NCBI GenBank assembly: GCA_965242725.1
Contig: CBDESZ010000019.1
Span: 1 to 29,308 of the forward strand
DNA from: Alkalispirochaeta sp.
GTDB lineage: Bacteria; Spirochaetota; Spirochaetia; DSM-27196; Alkalispirochaetaceae
Direction: 5' to 3'
Length of the DNA: 29,308 nt
Shown: positions 26,742 to 29,308 of the stretch, one piece after another
Position numbering within the stretch: the first letter of the stretch is position 1
Layout of the letters: the number at the start of each line of letters is the position of its first letter
Translations under genes and position numbers: made by a program
The notes under the pieces: model-generated
Database searches by the model: none
What the model was told of the DNA's origin: nothing
What the model saw: the letters and a program-made list of their open reading frames with translations, nothing else

Positions 26742-28511
26742 GATCCTCCTGCTCCCGAAGCACAACGATAACGCGGGTACCGCGACCACCGGGTCCATCA
26801 TCCAGAATAACGCGTCCACCGTGGCGTTCCGCAATCCGGCGGCAGAGTGCCAGCCCCACACCGGCCCCTTCATATCTATCGCGGGGGTGAAGGCGGTGGA
26901 ACATCTCAAAAGCCCGTTCCCGTTGATCCCTGGGAATCCCTATTCCATTGTCCTCGACCGAAATCCTTACCTCACCGTACCTCGTCCCTACGGTCTCGAT
27001 ACGGACGAAAGGTATATCCGATTCATTATACTTGATGCCATTCTGAATGAGATTCTGCAACAGGCTGAGCATCAGCGTCGGGTCCGCCGACCGGACCGTG
27101 GGAAGGTTGGAGAAGTATACCTCCCCACCCCGCTCCCGGATGTACATATGCAGGTTCTGCGTTGCTTCGCGGGCAATCGCCGTGAGGTCAACCTCTTCCT
27201 GCGGTCGAAAGCGCGTATCCACCCGGGCATATTCAAGGAGTGCATTGATCAATTGTCGAAGGCGTTGTGCCCCGTCTTCCACATACCCGAAGAACTCCCG
27301 GGAATCGCCGTCAAGATCGGGCCCCAGCCGGCGCTCCAGAAGTTGAATATAACTGATGATCATTCTGAGCGGTTCGTTGAGATCGTGGGATGCCGCATAG
27401 GCAAACTGGTTCAGATCCCTGTTGGATCGTTCAAGATCGTCCGAGATCGCCTGCAACTCTTCCACCTTGGATTTGATAGCCAGGGACATGTCATTGAAGT
27501 GCAGGGTCAGCACGTCGAGTTCCTGTGGTCGACCTACTTCCCTGCGTGGCTCAAGAGTAAGGCCGTAGGAACCCGCACTCACCTGCTGTGTCGCTGAGAC
27601 CAGTTGTTCAAGGCCGAAGGAAATACGACGGGCGAGGATGAATACGATAAGGATCGCCAGAACGACGAGAAACCGCGCTGGTGGAGCCGGCGATAATAAG
27701 GGCATCCTTAAGAGATTCCACGAGACTGTCCAGCCCCACTTCCGCGATAAGTGAAAGGTTTCCCGCGGGCAGATCGTTGCGAACACCTATGACCCGTCGA
27801 CCGTAGTCATTCTCATAGACGCCCGGTGTGCTCCGGATTGGCGTCGTCGTAATGGTTGCCACATTTTCCGGCGTAACCGGCGGTCCGTCATCGGCGGACT
27901 CCGAGTCCGCAATGACCCGTCCCATCGAGTCGACCAGAATCAATCGGGTCAATGAGTCGCGCGCGCCGTTGCGTATCTCCGCGGCAATCGTATCGAGAGA
28001 AAGCGATGCTACGATCAGTCCCGTCGGACCGGTCACCCCGCTGACGGGTACGGAAATAAAGACGAGGGGGTTACCGTTGATCCTTCCGAAACTGAGGTCG
28101 GAAACAAAGTCATGTCCCGCCATCGCTTTCGCATAGTATTCACGACCCGAGACATCGACAACCCTGCGCGCCCTCCACGGTGGTATAGCGGGCGATCCCT
28201 CTCTCGTCGATAAAACTGACGCTCCGGAGATCCGGATTTGCCGACAATCCGTTAGCTACAATCCGCGCCGGCAGGTCATCGGACTCCGTCAGCGGATACG
28301 CGAGCCCGGCAACTCCGTGCAAGTACACAATTTGCGCGTCGATCCACGCGGAAATGCGTGAAGCCTCAACGGAAGCCATTTGATCTACCGATATAGTAAA
28401 CTTTGTGCGTACTGCATCGGAAAACACAAGGAGGGAAGTAACCAGTGTCACCCCGACAATTGCGAGGATCAACGGTATCAGCGATACAAGCAGAAGATTA
28501 CGGATTCTCAT
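26704..28511 (-). CDS. Membrane sensor histidine kinase (TM-Cache-TM-HAMP-HisKA-HATPase; Cph1-like kinase core); two apparent frameshifts (~28160, ~27673)
   Basis: Three ORF pieces join on removing one base at each break. Cache-like VDVSGREYYAKAMAG...VFISVPV, HAMP ELDVLTLHFNDM, FAYAASHDLNEPLR, NLIQNGIKY, DNGIG, MFHRLH, GVGLALC. Confidence 0.85.
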
Positions 28512-28636
28512 TATGACAAGACCAACGTGGAACATACCAGAAGATTCAAGAGTATTGTAAGTACCTCTCCAGCCGTTGATTCCTTCGATGTATCCAACTG
28601 GTCATTCCCCTGTACGCTTTGTATGTTGTGAAAGAG

Positions 28637-29308
28637 ATGAAATGTAAAAACTGCCTGAAAATCCGAAGGAAGGGACCTGCAGGCACACGCCGATCAGTGA
28701 TGCTTTTTTTCCTGATGGTGATATCGGCAACCGTCCTTTACGGCCAGAACTGTGCCCCCCCGCCCGGATAAGCCGGCAAAGGACAATCTCCCCGACCCGA
28801 CTCGAACAGCTGTCTTCTGCTCCGGGAGAGCCGGTATTGGTGGAGGCCGAGGTGAGGGAACCGACCGGCCCGCCGGGAGAACTGGAAAGCGTCGCCCGCA
28901 TGCACGCCCTCTTTGAGACGCCGATCGAAGCGTTTGAAGACGCCCTTAGGGCGGTGGAAGAGCAGGATGATTACCTGCCGCGGCTGGAAGAGTCGGAGAT
29001 TCTGTGTTCCGGCGGTGGATCGGCCGATTATGTGCGGGTACGGCAATTGCTCTCCTTTCGGTTCCTCTTTTTCGGCAGAGACTACGAGTACGTCCCTGCA
29101 CTACTTTTTTGACGACGAGACGGCGGGGAAATTCGTCGTCTGGTGGCAGCTCGCCTCCGCGCTGGACGATCAGATCATCGAGACCGACGGTACCTGGTAC
29201 TTTGAAGAGGTGGCGTTCGACGGCAGCACATACACCTATATGACCTACGCCACCCGAACGCTCTTCCGGGAGGAATCATTCGGTTTACGAAAGGCGATCG
29301 AACGGTTC
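28637..29308 (+). CDS. Exported hypothetical protein, START/SRPBCC-like; frameshifted (~28745-28770, ~29095) and truncated by the window end
   Basis: Signal-like MLFFLMVISATVLYGQ (ATG 28637 or 28700), then DYLPRLEESEIL, VRQLLSFRFLFFGRDYEYV/LHY, VWWQL, TDGTWYF, TYMTY, consistent with a helix-grip fold. Fold call is inference. Confidence 0.5.

Overview
GC-rich bacterial chromosomal segment, most likely from a free-living spirochaete. Clues are the 'LFASGEAE'-type signal peptide on the ABC binding protein and a Treponema/Thermotoga-type PyrBI fusion. Left to right: a partial MFS transporter (+); a dCTP deaminase/dUTPase-fold protein and a CrtI-family FAD oxidoreductase (-); a tightly overlapping de novo pyrimidine operon on the minus strand (fused pyrBI, pyrE, pyrF, fused pyrD-pyrK, pyrC); typA/bipA (+); an AfuABC/FbpABC-like ABC importer bracketed by a 55-bp ~80%-identical direct repeat; a flavodoxin-like protein, an OmpR-type two-component pair and an aldo/keto reductase (-); a SAM methyltransferase (+); an MFS transporter (-); an orphan NqrC/RnfG-like FMN-binding protein (+); a YyaL/SPATA20 protein, an alpha/beta hydrolase and a Cache-HAMP kinase / Rcp1-like receiver / REC-GGDEF module (-); and a truncated START/SRPBCC-like exported protein (+). 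The most interesting signal is the ~350-nt pyr leader. It has a sigma70 promoter opening on GCCGC-AATTT, a short leader ORF, a hairpin plus U7 tract and an intrinsic terminator, with no visible PyrR site, resembling the UTP-sensing control of E. coli pyrBI in an unrelated lineage. Nine single-base frameshifts cluster at the two ends of the window and are probably sequencing errors. No rRNA, tRNA, CRISPR array or transposase was seen. All calls are by eye, without database searches.
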